A stretch of 64,000 bases of DNA from Schmidtea polychroa (Eukaryota), in assembly GCA_044892525.1 (NCBI GenBank), contig CM097885.1, forward strand, positions 53,446,001 to 53,510,000, read 5' to 3'. This document shows, piece after piece, positions 41,560 to 56,799 of the stretch. The notes beneath the pieces were generated by a model, which made no database searches, was not told the DNA's origin, and worked only from the letters and a program-made list of their open reading frames with translations. How positions within the stretch are numbered: the stretch's first letter is position 1; every line of letters begins with the position of its first letter. The translations under genes were made by a program, and so were the position numbers.

Positions 41560-44500
41560 ATATTATTAAAAAAGATTCTATAAATATTATTAAAAAAAGA
41601 GATTCTATTAAAAGACCTGCTGGTTTAATTAAAAATTATATTCCTAATAAATTATCGCGACCTGAAGTGATAGTCATCAGCAAAGATGAATGTGTAGCTT
41701 TAACATCGTTCACACAACAAGCACCCTTTACACAACAAGCACCCTCTACACAACAAGAAGTGATAGTCATCAATGATGAATGTGTAGCTTCAACGTCTTT
41801 CAACATATGTCAAATAGGCGGCTCTTTGTTTGAACCTATGGTAGAATCCGATTTGAACGGATCCCGAAAAACATTAAAATTTGACATAAGAAATCAAAAC
41901 TTAGTAAAAATAGCCCTAACATCAAAAATTGAAGAAAGACTAATAGAGGAAATAGAAAAGATGGGCAATGTAAAAATTCAATTTGCAATTTTAATTAAAT
42001 TTGAAAAAGATGGGGAGATCCGGGATAATTATTTTTCAAACAATGCGCAAGTTTTTACATCAAACTTTATAAACGAGGGGGTGAGCAAATTAAATGAAAA
42101 GATTGAGCAATTCACTTATTTAGGAAGCGGGTGGCGAGTAATGAATATTTTAGAGTTAGATTTTATTTTAACGAAATACGCACCCGTTAGTAGATTATCC
42201 GGACATAGTTATATAAAAACCCCATCTGCATTAAAATTAAAACACGCAATAGTTAATGTTAAAAACAACGACCATAAGTGTTTCTTATATAGAATTCTTG
42301 CACTTTTAAATAGAGAAGAAATAAGTCGTAATCATCAAAGAGCCGCCAAATATTATGAATTTTTACATCTATTAAATTATGATGAAAACACAGATTGCCC
42401 GATGAGGCTATGTAACATCCCCAAATTTGAAAGGAAAAATCCAGATTTAAATTTAAGCATAAACGTTCTGTCTTATAATCCAGCCAGTTCTGATTGTGAT
42501 ATTTCTGAGGATTATGTAGCTCACCACCCTCATCTTAATATTGTACATCGCTCCAAGGTTATAGATGGTAGGCCAATTTATTTATTACTTTTGAGTAATA
42601 AAGATAAATATCATTATACGGCCGTGACAGACTTGGACAAATTAATGAATTGTCATTTAAATGAAAATGTTAACGTTCAAATAAGGTGTAACTGGTGCCC
42701 ACATTGTTTAAATGGCTTTAGATATAAGAATGCTTTCGATCAGCATGTTGCTCTATGCTGTAAAAATCAGACTGGCACAACCTTGTATACACTTCCTAAA
42801 AATAAGGATTTATTATTCACAGATTACGCAAAAACCGTTACACCTCCCTTCGTAAATTATGCCGATTTTGAATCGGTTTTACCAGAACATGAAACATATC
42901 ATCAAAAACATTTACCCATATCAGCAGGTCTTTTATTAATTAATAATTATACAAACACTAAATTTTATTATTATTTTTTTGGACCTAATTGCATTTTGGA
43001 TTTTTTGAGGAAAGTGGAGGAAATTGCTGTCACAATTGTCCTGCCATATTATGAACTTCAAGGTCATAAAGGTATGTCTACTTTGTCTTTTGCTCAGGAG
43101 CGTGCCTTTCGATCTACCACTATTTGTTACTTGTGTAAAAAATCTATTATTAATCCTGTGAGAGATCATTGCCATTTTACAGGTAGATATGTCGGTGCGA
43201 CATGTAGGAAATGCAATGTCTCTCGCAGGATTAATAAGTTGTTACCTGTTGTCTTTCATAATTTACGAGGCTATGACCACCATATTTTAAAACATGGTCT
43301 CAGTGATTTTCCCCTTTGGGAACTTAATATTATACCTACCTCTACAGAAAAATTTATATCTTTAATTGCATATATTAACAAATTGCCTGTTCGTTTTATT
43401 GACAGCATGCAATTTGTTAATTGTTCTTTAGCAAAAGCTGTAAAAACACTTACTACTTTTCCGTTAACTTCGTCTGTCTTTCAAGGGTCGATGATTCACT
43501 CTAAAGGTATCTTTCCATATAATTTCGCTACTTCTTTGGATGTTCTTGAATCGACTTTAGAATTACCTCCTATTTGGTCTGATGTTACGGAAGATCAGTA
43601 CGCTGAGGCTCAACTAATTTGGAGTCAGCATAACTGTAATAATTTGTTAGATTATATGTTAATCTACCTAAAATTGGACGTATACCTCCTCGCAGACTAT
43701 TTTCAGCAATTCTGCGGTAAGGCAATTGCTTACAATGGTCTGGATCCTCTTAATTTCTATTGGATTCCCGGTATGTCATGGGCCTCAGCGCTTATGACAT
43801 TAACGGAACCCATAGAACTTTTGCAGGACATGGAAATGTATAATTTCTATGAGGGAGGTATCCGGGGTGGGTTAACATTTGTTAACAAACATTACACGGC
43901 TACTTCAGATGATACAGAATTATTGTACATTGATATAAATAATCTGTATGGTTGGGCTCTTAGCCAAAATCTTCCGTATGGTGATTTTTCTTGGGTGAAT
44001 GATAACTTGAATGATGTTTTACTTGAATGTATGAACACGGATATTGATAACCTTCCATATGGGTATACTATGGAGGTCGATATCGATATTCCGGAATGTG
44101 TGCATGACTTTTTGAATGATTTTCCACTTGTGCCGGAAAAGTTGTGCCCGCCTAATTCAAAAGTTGAGAAGCTTATGCTTACGCATTAGCCAAAGAGGAA
44201 CTATGTTCTTCATTGGAGGCTTCTCAAATTGTATATAGAATTAGGTGCGGTTGTTGTAAATATTCATAGATGTATAAAGTTTAAACAAGGACCTATCTTT
44301 AAATCCTACATAGACACCAACACCACTTTACGATCTCAGTCTACTAGCGAGATATATAGGGACTTGTTTAAATTGTATAATAACAGTCTGTACGGTAAAT
44401 CCGTTGAAAATCTGAAAAAACGAATGAATTTGAGGTTGTGTAATTCATCCGAAAAGATGATAGTATACTCCTCAAAGCCGACTTTCAGAAAGTCTATAAG

Positions 44501-45639
44501 AATCGATAACGATCTGATTGCGGCACATTTGGAAAAAGATTCAATTTGTTTAGACAGACCTAGCTACATCGGTCAAACAGTACTAGATCTGTCTAAACTG
44601 CGGATGTACCAGCTCCAATATATTGATTTGGAGAAGTACAGGCGACAATATAAATGTATTATAAATATTATTGCCGGTGATACCGACAGTTTCTTTTTGG
44701 AAATAAAAAATTTAAAATTATCAACTCTATTACCTCAGATGATCTCTGATAATTTATTGGATACGTCAAATTACGATCCAACACACCCCTTGTATAATAG
44801 GAACCTTGACTCTGTCATCGGGAAGTTTAAAGATGAGAGCAAGTGATTAGGTTATTCTGAATGGGTTTTCTTACGCCCTAAATGTTATAGTCTTTTAGGT
44901 AGTAAGGAAACGGTAAAAGCGAAGGGGGTTAAATTACCAGGGACATCAATAAATCATGAATCGTATTTAAATTGCTTTCATTCAAATCAGGTGATTTCTG
45001 TACCGCAGACTAGAATAGGTACTAGAAATCACCAACTTTTTACATTTAAAAATTCGAAAATTGCCCTAAGTAATAATGATGATAAGCGCGCGTGGCTAGG
45101 AAAAAACATAAGTTACGCATTTGGGCACTATTTAGGAGTTGACGAATTAAGCGAATATGATGAGGAATTCGGTCCAGCTCCAAGTCCCAGTTTTGACGAC
45201 AGCGAATGGGACGAAGATCAAATTTAAATAGGACAACCGAAAATTGTGAAAATTGTATAGAAACTTTTATTTTGATTTAAAAAAACTTGTACAAAAACCT
45301 GTATTATAACTTGTATATTGTATAAAACTTGTATTTATATATACATATTGAATAAAATTTGTAATCAGAATTTTTTTTAAAATTTTTTTAAGTATTTGTT
45401 GTTTTATTATAATTTTTATATTTAATGGTGATTTTTATATAGTCTGCAGTGAGCATGCAGCTATATCAGTATTTTTTATATAGTCTGCAGTGAGCATGCA
45501 GCTATATCAGTATTTTTTATATAGTCTGCAGTGAGCATGCAGCTATAATAATAATAATAATAATATTAAAACTTGTTGAAACTTTTAAAACTTTGTAATA
45601 ATAATGATAATAATAATAATATTAATAATAATAATAATG

Positions 45640-45720
<81 letters not shown>

Positions 45721-45879
45721 CTTTCAACAGGTTGCAAGGGTACTAGTCATGCTTATTATTATTGTTATACATTTGATGGTTACAACTTCTACATTTTGAA
45801 AGCTCTATTTTGATTGGCTATCACAATTTTTATAAATGTAAAAACAAAAGTAATCTAGTTATTAAGAAATTTATTACTA

Positions 45880-46522
45880 ATGATTTCTACAAATAAAACT
45901 GATGAATGTGTAACACATTTGGTAACTTTATTATTTTGTCAATATTTTTTATATATACCATTTATAGCAAGGAAGTCCTACTAGAAATAAGGAAAAATTA
46001 AGTCCAACCTATTACGAAGATAAGCGTTCATTGAAATTTTTTAACAACACAGTTGAAGATTTTATAAATAATCATGATACTTACAGTGATAAGCAAATCA
46101 TAAATATTTTAAAAATTTTCAAACATTCCTCTATTGAATATTTGATTGATTTATTTAATTATGATAAATGCATTTTAAAGTTATCTTGTTATTTAATGTA
46201 TTTAGAAAAAACAGTGGTAAACAACGATTCACTGAATGAATACTTTTGGAGTTGTATGTATTTAAGGTTGAAACCGGGATATAGTAGATTGATTTATGAA
46301 TGGATAGCAAAAACCGATTTGATTGAAAATAAGCTAACGGAAAAACTGAACGATGTTAAGAAAAGGTATTTAACTTGTTCAATTTGTAAAGAAAATCGAG
46401 TTTCGGTTTTGTATTTACCATGTGGTCATGTAATTGTTTGTTCTATGTGTCACGAGAAGAATGTTCGCAAGTGTCAAGCCTGTTCAACACTGATTAATGA
46501 ATATCATACTATATATATTTAG
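45880..46522 (+). CDS. IAP/MDM2-type C-terminal RING E3 ligase (2 exons: 45880-45921, 45968-46522; 198 aa)
   Basis: A 46-nt phase-0 intron joins in frame; CSICKENRVSVLYLPCGHVIVCSMCHEKNVRKCQAC..IYI*. No BIR domain seen. Confidence 0.85.
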
Positions 46523-46684
46523 TTTACCTTTGGTAATTTTACATTATTTTATTGTTTAAATAAATGTATGTTTTGTTGATTTGTTGATTTGTTGAGCGTG
46601 ACCAGTACCCTTGTGAGCATTACCCATAGGGGGACAAAATATTTTGTCGGATAGACTCGGAGTATATAGACTCGGTGTATATAG

Positions 46685-46757
<73 letters not shown>

Positions 46758-47757
46758 TCTTTAGAAATAATAATCTTAATAACAAGATATATGGCTCATT
46801 TGAAAGGCCTTGGATTGAGCTTTAAAATGAGCTATCGATTATTAATTATCGTTGACGGGAACTTTGAAAAAATTAAAAATAAAATAATAATATTTTTTAA
46901 AAATAATAATAAAATTAATAATATTTTTAAAAAATAATAATATGACCTTGATGACTCATCGGATGAGTCACATGACCTTGAGAGTGACCTTGGATGAGTC
47001 ATGCGACCTTGAAAATGACCTTGATGAGTTATAGGATGACTCAGATGACCTTGAAAAATTCTGATAAGTCATAGTATGAGTCATATGACCTTGAAAAAAT
47101 TTCGATGAGTCATAGTATGAGTCATATGTCCTTCAAAAAATTTTGGTGAGTCATAGGATGACGCAGGTGACCTTGAGAATCACCTTGGATGAGTCATATG
47201 ACCTTGAGATGACCTTGGATGAGTCATATGACCTTGAGATGACCTTGGATGAGTCATATGACCTTGAGAATGACCTTGAATGAGTCATGATCTTTGTTTA
47301 AATGACCTTGAAAATTTTTATGGCTCATCGGATGAGTCATATGACTATGAGAATGACCTTGAATGAGTCATGGTCTTTGTTTAAATGACCTTGAAAATTT
47401 TTATGACTCATCGGATGAGTCATATGACCTTGAAAATGACCTTGAAAATGTCCTTGATGAGTCATAGTATGAGTCATATGACCTTGAAAATGACCTTGGT
47501 GAGTCATGGACTTTGTTTAAATGACCTTGAAATTTTTTTGCCCTTGATGATTCATGTTATGAGTCACATGACCTTGAAAATGACCTCGATGAGTCATCGG
47601 ATGAGTCATGGTCTTTGTTTCAATGACCATGATGAGTCACATGTCTTTGTTTAAATTTGACCTTGAAAAAAAATGTACTTTTAGACTTAGAATTTTTTTA
47701 AAATTTTACGACCGGGGGAGGGGGGTTAATGTGCCAGCGGTGCCCAATCCATCTATT
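46515..47757 (-). repeat. Right TIR of the Polinton
   Basis: Reverse complement of the left TIR with scattered substitutions and repeat-number differences. Confidence 0.95.
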
Positions 47758-47889
47758 TGTTATTAATTATCTCCAATATTTGAATGTGTTCTTAAATAAT
47801 AATTAACTATTATATTCATTACAATTGAAAAAGAAAAGTTATGGATAAATTAAAATTTTTAGAAATAATAATAATAATAATAGTAATAT

Positions 47890-48080
47890 TATTATTATTA
47901 TAAGAACTTTTTTTGATACTCACGAATTTTCGGTACTTGAAAAAGGCAGTGCCGAAAATTCGTAAGTATCAACAAACATCGACATATTACTGATTTATAG
48001 TCTTCAAACTCTCTTTTTAATAAATTCAATGGAAAAAATAATCAGTGGTGAAATTGGAAGAAAAAAAGTTCTTATAATAC
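47890..48080. repeat. Small foldback/MITE-like element with internal hairpin (47913-47972)
   Basis: TTGATACTCACGAATTTTCGG...CCGAAAATTCGTAAGTATCAA, inside outer arms ATAAGAACTTTTTTT / AAAAAAAGTTCTTAT. Confidence 0.55.
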
Positions 48081-48104
48081 TATAATGGCTGACGCCCATC
48101 ACCG

Positions 48105-48216
<112 letters not shown>

Positions 48217-48810
48217 TTATTATTATAAAAAGTTATGATTTCTTGGTAGCAGTATCAATACAATGTTAACCTTTACGCTGCTGAATTGGTTGAAGAGACA
48301 TACTACGCGAAAATTTATTGACTCTCCGCAGTCTAACAGTTAAACAATTAGATCATAATATGAACTTTTGCTGCGAAGTATATTTTCAATAAAATGAAAG
48401 AATTTTCAACTATAAAAATAGTCCTTTTCAGTTTCTTGTAATTTAGTTGTTTCAATTTTCAAATGCTTTTTGATCTTCTCTTTTATTTCATTTTCTTTTC
48501 TTCTCGTTGGTTTAAAATAAAATAAATCAAAACAAAAAAATAGAATTTAAAATTAAATTTACTAGAAAAAATTCAAAATAAAACAATAAAATTTTTTTTA
48601 ATTGTTAAAGCTTTTATAACTAGTTTTTAATTTTTTTAATAAATGATATTATAAAATATTTATTCATAAAAAATTTTTAATGACTTTATATACGCAAATA
48701 ATATTTTTAAATATAATTATATTTTGATTTTTATTCCCAATTATTTTATAGTTGAAAATTCTTTCAATTTATTAAATATATACTTCGCATCAAAATGCTT
48801 ATATTATCAT

Positions 48811-48882
<72 letters not shown>

Positions 48883-48911
48883 TTAATAATAATATTAATA
48901 ATAATAATAAT

Positions 48912-49015
<104 letters not shown>

Positions 49016-51009
49016 GAGGAGATTGACAAGGACTATCTTATAGTCGAAAATTTTTTCATTAAATAAATGATTCACAGCAAAAGGCTTAAATTATCACTTT
49101 ATTGTTTTAAATAATAAATGCTACTACCAAGAAATCATCACTTTAATCATAATAATAATAATAAATTTTAATGACCCAGTGCTCTGAGTTTTATTCAATT
49201 ATAATTTTCAATTATTAACCTAATCTGAATCTTAGTTGATTTCGTAATCTTTCCAACTAAGAATCTGTCTCCTTTTACTATTGTTGACGAATATTCTTTC
49301 CAAGTAAAAATAATTGAAATAATTATAACAAAAATATGTCGGAAACCACTTTTTAAAAAATATTATTTTTTTAACTCCATAAACGTTTTCCAATTTATAT
49401 ATTTTTCGTTTTGGTTAATTTTTTTATGGCTGACTCAAGAATTTTAATAATACATATTGCCTGTTTAATAGTAAGCAGTACATTGTGAATTATGTAAATT
49501 GGTAAGAATCGAAAGTCAACTAAAAATATTTAAATTTTTAAACTTGAAAAGAATAATTGATAAAAAATGAAATTTAATTCTTTTTCGATTTAAAAATTCA
49601 GTGAAAGTTGATCAATTACAAAAGGTTTTAGTTCCTAGATGTCTTTAAAAAATCTAGTCTCAGCAAATCAGTAGCTCAAATAACTATCATCAGTATATTA
49701 TTAAATAAATAGTATTTATAAGAAATATTAAAAGTAACTTTAAATCTCTAATAAACTTGCCTCTTACTACCCTTGACAATCTTTCGAGACACAACCGTGC
49801 AAATATGAAAATGTGATATAAGTTACGCAAAATTTTCTTAAGAAATACTCATTTCAATAACTTGTTATAAAAATGTCATCATTGTAATAAATAATACAAA
49901 TTTTCAACTTCAATTATTTTTTTTGAGTTAAATAGCTTCTTTTAAGAAAAATTCAAAAGATGTTTAATAAATAATACAACTATTTGAAAATATTCATCAA
50001 ACCGACGCTTTTTTATTGAAATCAGTCACAAATGTGCTCAACTGTAAATGATATAATCATGGGAAATAAATCTCAACAGGAAATATTCCCAGATATTTCC
50101 TGTTTTTTTAAAATTAAATTTATACGATTGCATAATATGGGCGATTATGATTAATTTAAATAAATAGTAAAATAGTACTTTCTATTAGTTATTCCTTTAA
50201 CTTTCAGATAAAAATCTAACAATTTTTTATCTTAAATTAATATTTAGAAAAAAATTATTTAATTGTTATTAGTTACATTGCTTATGGTGATTATATAATT
50301 TCTTTTAAAATAACTTATAATTTTTATAACTATTTAAACAAATTATTAATTAAAATAGTTTATAAATGAATATAAAAATAAGAATATCAACATAAAATAT
50401 TGAGTGAAAAACGCCATTTTAAAAGAACAAATGACATTTTATTTTAATTCTCCATTTTTATTTGAATTTCTTACATGAATCTTTTTCATAATCTCTCCTG
50501 TTTCCGTAGATATTTATGATGATTTTACACATTAATTAACACAAAATCTCAAAATGATATGATTGAATTTTTTTCTTTTCTGAAAATTTTTCACTATTAA
50601 ACCACTTTTTCCAAAACCATTTTTACAAGGAATTTCCTTCATAGTAATCTTGAACGTTGAATTGAATATGATTTGTATTTAAGCAAAAACATCGATCTAT
50701 TATTTATTTCTTTAGTTTTGAAGTACATCTCTTATTGTAAAGAAATGTCACTTAATTTGACTATTATTTGTAACATAAACTTGAATACTTCTTGCGTTCA
50801 TCTGCAAAATATCATGTTGATATTTATTAAGCTTTATCGGACGTTATCTTTGTATATTGTATATATTGTTGTCACGTCAGAGGTGACTTATTACCGTTAA
50901 GAGTTAAGGTGACCATCTCTAAACACAAATAGTTTTATCTGTGATTCAAGATTTTATTTTTTTCTAATTTAAAATTAAGTGTAGTTAATAGCTGATTTAT
51001 ACCAGCCGC

Positions 51010-52335
51010 AATGGTTCACTACGAAATTGTGTCGGCGACAACTACAAACACAACGCGTAAAAGTTCGCATTAAATTCGCTACATTTTCTCGGTTGACTGA
51101 TGTCATCGCAGTTAATAAAAAGCACTGCAAAATGCGTTGCAACCGTCGTAAGGCTGTTATAATTCTTTTGATTTTATTAAAAAAGAAAAAGTGTTTTGGT
51201 TTTACCTCTCACTTAATGACACAAAGACTTAATAACTTATAACTAGGAAAATTGAAATGCATAACTTCAGAAATGCAATTTCAAACAGATATGAAAATTC
51301 ACGAGTAAATTCTAGCGAATTACTACTTTTGATAACAAAATGTCTAATGTAATACATTACAATTCAATACTCCAGCGTAAGTAATAGACGATGATGATGA
51401 ACTCTGCGGCATTGTTCACCTGTAAAAGAATTGCCAGTGGTTCCATATGAGATGATGCTGGAATAATAAGAAGTTGCTGCATAGATTATTGGCGTTGTAC
51501 ATTTACAGGAACATCATATTCATAATTATCAATAATTTTCAGGATATCCATTTTAGCTTTCCTTCGATTGCGAGCATTCATTCTCTTTAGAAATGGGGCA
51601 AGACTTAAACAAAATAACTTGTCTTCATCTTCACCTTCAGTTTCTATGATATCAAACAGTTTCTTCTTTAAGTTTTCCTTTGGATATTTTACGAGGAATG
51701 TTCTCAGAAGTCACAGGTAACCTTGTGTCAACGTAATTTTTTAAATTCTCCTTTGTGTAAACTGTCCATTTCTTGCTCGCGATCCCTTTCTTCTACAATG
51801 ATGGTAACTGAATAAAAATATTTCACAAGGAATACCATTTAGGGAGAAGCTGCATTTGAATTTTTACACATCCGTAGCTTCAATTCCACTTCTATTTCTT
51901 ATTCTCAACTGAACTTGTCTCGAAAATTTCCAACGTACTTGACAATCCTTTGCAGAAACTACAACATATTATGTAAGGTATCCTTTTATGATGTGTTTAT
52001 AAATATTTATTAACAATTTATTAAGAAAAACCTACCATTTCCACCAGGAGACATGGTTTCAGATATGCGCAACCATGTTGATTCTTTCAATGGCTGGTTT
52101 CTATAATCTTTAAGGCTTGTATCATACAAGAAATTATGACTTTATACTAGTTACAATTTCTCATCATTCATCATACACATCGTATTACGTGAATGATGAA
52201 TCTTTTAATTCCTTTTACAGACTAATGCGATGTCACTGAGGGGGTGGGCGGGCTGCGTAATCGCAGTGGTTGCACTAGACTACGAAAATGACTAAAGAAC
52301 ATGCACACTGGTCGCAGTAGTCGCAGTGAGCATTT
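51010..52335 (-). mobile_element. Decayed element carrying a MADF-BESS pseudogene (PIF/Harbinger-like)
   Basis: MADF FLYDTSLKDYRN..KESTW..I / DCQVRWK (from 52174, intron-split), BESS EDKLFCLSLAPFLKRMNARNRRKAKMDILKII (~51530-51630), and imperfect TIRs AATG(G/C)TCACT(A/G)CGA. Confidence 0.65.
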
Positions 52336-52409
52336 ACAGTTCTTAATGGCTCATTCAATGGTTCTTAAGAAAAGCTAACTACTTAGCCTAAAATCTCACA
52401 ATTCTATTA

Positions 52410-54515
52410 CAGTGGTACCTCGGTTAACGAGCTTAATTCGTTCCGGAAACGTACTTGTAATCCGAAGCACTCGTATATCAAAGCCAATAACTCATAACAA
52501 ATAATGGAAACCCCAATGACTCGTTCCACAACAAAAAATTAAAATTAAGCTAAAATAAAATGCTTAATACAAAATAAATACAAAGGTACATAAAAATAAT
52601 ACACACAATTAATTTGCGTTTGGATCACTGGAATCTTTTTCCCTTTGTGTAACTCTAGAGACGAAATTATCAAGGGACATTTGCTTTTGCCTTCTCTTTA
52701 AAATTTCCCGAAAATGTGACATTACATTGTCATTAAAAAGATTGACTGCTCGCACTGCCACATCCTTATTTGGGTAGTGTTTCTCCACAACATTTTGGAC
52801 TGTTTCCCACATTTTACACGTCCTTAATCTCATTTAAAGTGAGTGATCCCTCCTCCTTTTTTTCGTCTTCCTCACACGAGGTCTACTTCACAAACATTTG
52901 CTGTTGCTCGCGATGCAGATCCATTAGCTCGTCGATGGTCAGCTCTTGGCCATTTTCCCCCACCAGCTCTTCAATGTTGTCCTCATTCAATTCCAATCCC
53001 ACGTCCTTCCCCAAGGAGACAATTTCATCATGAACTGCCAGTTCTTCTTCGTGAGCTAACCCCTCACAGTTATCTCCTAAAATGCAGTCAGGCCACAGTT
53101 TTCTACAAGCAGAATTGAGCGTTCTCTTGGTGACCCCATTCCAAGCATTATCGATGATTTTGAGACCATTCACGATGTGAAAATGATTTTTCCAGAATTT
53201 TCAGAGGGTAAATGCTTTGGTGTAAAGCTTTTTAAAGTTCGAAATAACTTGCTGATCTGTGGGCTGAAGTAGTGGAGTGGTATTGGGAGGAAAGAACTTT
53301 ATTTTAATGAACTTGAATTCCTCCAGTAAGTCATCTTCGAGACTTTAAGGATGAGCAGGGCATTGTCCATTATTATCAAAACTTTGAGTGGCAGACTATT
53401 TTCGAAATGGTATTTTTTCACTGTAGGACCGAAGATCCCATTGATCCACTCAACGAACAAGATACGAGTAACCCAAGCTTTGCTGTTGGACCTCCACATA
53501 ACGTTTAACTGCCTATTCTATACCTTGCATTTCTTGAAGGCTCATGGATTCTCGGAATGATACACCAGCAAGGGCTTAATTTTAAAATCCCCGCTTGCAT
53601 TAGCACAAAACAAGAGGGTGAGATGGTCTTTCATTGGCTTGTGACCAGGCATTGCATTCTCTTCTATATATTAATGTAAGTCCTCTTTGGCATCTTTTTC
53701 CAAAAAAGCATTGTTTCGTCACAGTTAAAAACTTACTGGGGTGGGTAACCCTCGGAAATCATGAGTTTCCAAAATTCGGTGGGGAACGCCTCAACTTCCT
53801 TAACGTCCGAAATCGCAGCTTCTCCGTGTCACACAACACTATGCATACCAATTCTCTTTTTATAGTTGTCAAACCAGTCCTACTCGCTTTGAAGCCTTTT
53901 TCGAATCTTATCAACATATCTGGCAGTTTACTTAAGAGGTCGGCATACAAAATCTTTGCCTTCTTGGAAATACAGTGTTCCGTCACATGCTATTTGTTTC
54001 TCGTTTATTCTCCAGAACACGTGGCCGTTGCTTTAATAGTCGCGTGACTCCTTTTGCTACATCTAGTCCCCTTAATTCTTTTTTCTTTAATATTGTGCAA
54101 ATAGTTGATGTAGACTTATTATAAAATCTTGCAATGCCTACCACTCGCATACCTCGTGCGTGCTTTTCAATGATTTCCTTCTTAACTTCCACCGTAATCA
54201 TTTTCTTCTTATCACTTTTTCAATAGTTTTCTTTTTGGGAGTCATTGTTACAGTACTGTTATCAAAAAATACTCATAACTGACGTTTAGAAAGAAAATAA
54301 ACAATACTTCGTACGTGTGTTGAGTAAATATGTAAAGCAAACCGTCACCGACCGACTGAAACCAAACGTGACGGTTGGTAGACAAGCGTATACACGTTAA
54401 TCATATTAAAAAACTTAGCTCGCTTATCAAGTTAAAACTTATTTTAATAATTTGCTCGTCTTACAAAATACTCGTTACTCACAAACAAACTTACTCGCAA
54501 TCCAAGGTTTTACTG
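52410..54515 (-). mobile_element. Tigger/pogo transposon with decayed transposase
   Basis: TA|CAGTGGTACCTCGG ... CCAAGGTTTTACTG ends; CENP-B-type HTH (MITVEVKKEIIEKH), WRSNSKAWVT, LIIMDNA, PPNTTPLLQPTDQ, RRQKQMSLD. Confidence 0.93.
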
Positions 54516-54805
54516 TTCTCACTTCTAATAACAAATTGAAAGGGCCACATAAATTCTCAGTATTTCGTGTAATATATTTTTAATTGAATGTATTAAATAT
54601 ATTTAATTTTATTTTTTAAACGACGAAATTTGACCTCAGTGTATCTTCTTGTTTTTGTTAATATTTATTTTTATATTGAATTGCTGGATAAAACTTGAAG
54701 ACTGTTATTCCTTGTTGTATATAATTATTTTTAGAATAAGCAGTAAGCAGTAATTTTTCAACTATACGAAAAATATTCGAAATTTGAATTTCTACATTCT
54801 TTTAA

Positions 54806-54887
54806 CACATTGACGGACAGTAGAAACAAGTGACATTTGAAAATTGACACTATATGACGGCTATAGACGCAAGTGTCCGTCAACGTG
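54806..54887. mobile_element. TTAA-flanked piggyBac-like micro-MITE
   Basis: TTAA|CACATTGACGGACA...TGTCCGTCAACGTG|TTAA. Confidence 0.75.
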
Positions 54888-55072
54888 TTAATATTTTATC
54901 AAATTTTCCACACGGTAATTTCTGGATTCAATATGTAGCTTTATAATTTATTGATGTCAATATATAATGACTCTGTATTTTAATTATTAATACATGGTGT
55001 TTGTTCACGAACTTCAAATAACCACGAATACCTAACTCAAATGTCAGATAATAAAAATATTTATTAATTTAA

Positions 55073-55579
55073 TCTAATATATAAAGATGAAAGTTTGTTT
55101 GTTTGTTTGTTTTCTATAGAATTCCCCACCGTTGGACCTAAAGTGCTGGAATCTTGCATGTGGGCCTCATTTGACTCGGGATAGGTCATAGGCTATGTTT
55201 CACCCATAGGGTACCCTTAGTCGGTTTTTTTATCTGTCCGGTCAGCAATTTACCATATAAATAATAATTTATTATATGCTTGCTACTTGCAGTTGAAAGT
55301 ATTATAATTTAGTCAAAAGTTTTCAAAGCAGAATTCAAACATGGAGAATTTGAATTTTATTTGATTAGTGAACCAGTTTGCAATTGGAAAAATATTGCCA
55401 GTTTTCGATTTTACAAATTGAAATTTATTTTGAAAGCTTTTTTTATTGTGAATTAAATATGGAATTGAAGCTGTTATAAAATTAATACTGGAACGTAATA
55501 ACATCATTAAACAAAAAATTAATTTAAAGGAATAATTATAATAAATGTAAACTCGGGCGAAGCCGGGTACAACAGCCAG
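55073..55579 (+). mobile_element. Non-autonomous Helitron
   Basis: A|TCTAATATATAAA 5' end, (GTTT)n, 3' hairpin CGGGCGAAGCCGGG then CCAG|T; the hairpin matches that at 12561. Confidence 0.8.
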
Positions 55580-55704
55580 TAATATATAAATAATCATTAA
55601 GTTTATAATATATCAATAATACCAATTTTGTTGTAGAAATTTTTAATTCAGAAACTGTTATGTTGCATACCTTTGTAACGAATTTAATATTAGGCAAATT
55701 TTTG

Positions 55705-55880
55705 GTGTTCCCAGGCACCTTCAAACTCATGGCCAAATTGAACGCTTTAATGGAACCATAAAGAGAATGTTATTTTCTGTTATTTTTGCGGACAGATCAC
55801 TCAACTGGGTTACTATTCTTGATAAAACAATATACGAGTACAATATTAAACACAATATGTCAACTAAATAGACACCAGCT
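55705..55880 (+). pseudogene. rve integrase C-terminal fragment
   Basis: PRHLQTHGQIERFNGTIKRML...NWVTILDKTIYEYN. Confidence 0.7.
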
Positions 55881-56799
55881 TTATAATTCATTAAGCTTCG
55901 GTATTCAATTCTAATGCCAACTTATTTGAGGACAGCTTTACACCGCAAATATTTAATTTAACTGAAAAAGAAAGAAATGTGTTGGAAGAATTTAGGGTTA
56001 ACTATTTACATGAAATCTCAAACATGCGAACAACAAGAATTACCAGGGAAGGAGCAGGCATTTAGTTACCTCGCAATGACCGTGAATAAATGTTCCCAAT
56101 TCTAGATGTTAAAATGCTATTTTATGAAATACATTATTATTTATGATTTTTGTATATTGTTAAAGTAATAAATAATTTTATTATCTGACTTTTATTATCT
56201 ACATTGTAGATTCTACAACACAAAATATCATTTTGCATATTTTAATGATTTTAAAAAAATAGGATAGAGTAAATTATTTTAAATAAAAAGTGATATTTTC
56301 TTAAATAATTTTAAACTGATTATATTTTTATTATTTTCTCCTTTTACTAAATAATTTAAATTTAATGACATTTTTGTTAATTTCTTTTTTTCATATTTAA
56401 CTCAAAATATTAATTGAAATATTATTATCCAGATTCTCGAAGAAAAGGTTTATCATTTCTGAAATTGGTAAGGTTTGTGAACCAATTTATGTATAATGTA
56501 TTTGTGTTTTGTTTACGCATGTGTGTATTTACATTCTCGATGATATCTGTCATTATTGTCATAACATTTGATTATAAAACTATTGTGAAACCCGTTTAAT
56601 ACGAAACTCGGTTAACGTGAATATGTTTGGTAGGGGCCTTGAATTTTGCGTTAAGCGGGTTTCCATGTATTTCAAAAAATGTTAAGTGAAAACTTCCAAA
56701 ATATAACTTTTCCTAATTCTTAAATAAAAATTCTTGTAATGATATTCATTATATTATGCATTTTTTGGTTTCTTTTCTACACCTCTGATTTAATGTTTT

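Noticed and set aside
43930..44850. Stop-codon readthrough or an alternative genetic code for the Polinton genes
   Set aside because: The premature stops are of all three types (TAA, TAG, TGA) and replace different expected residues, which fits random decay.
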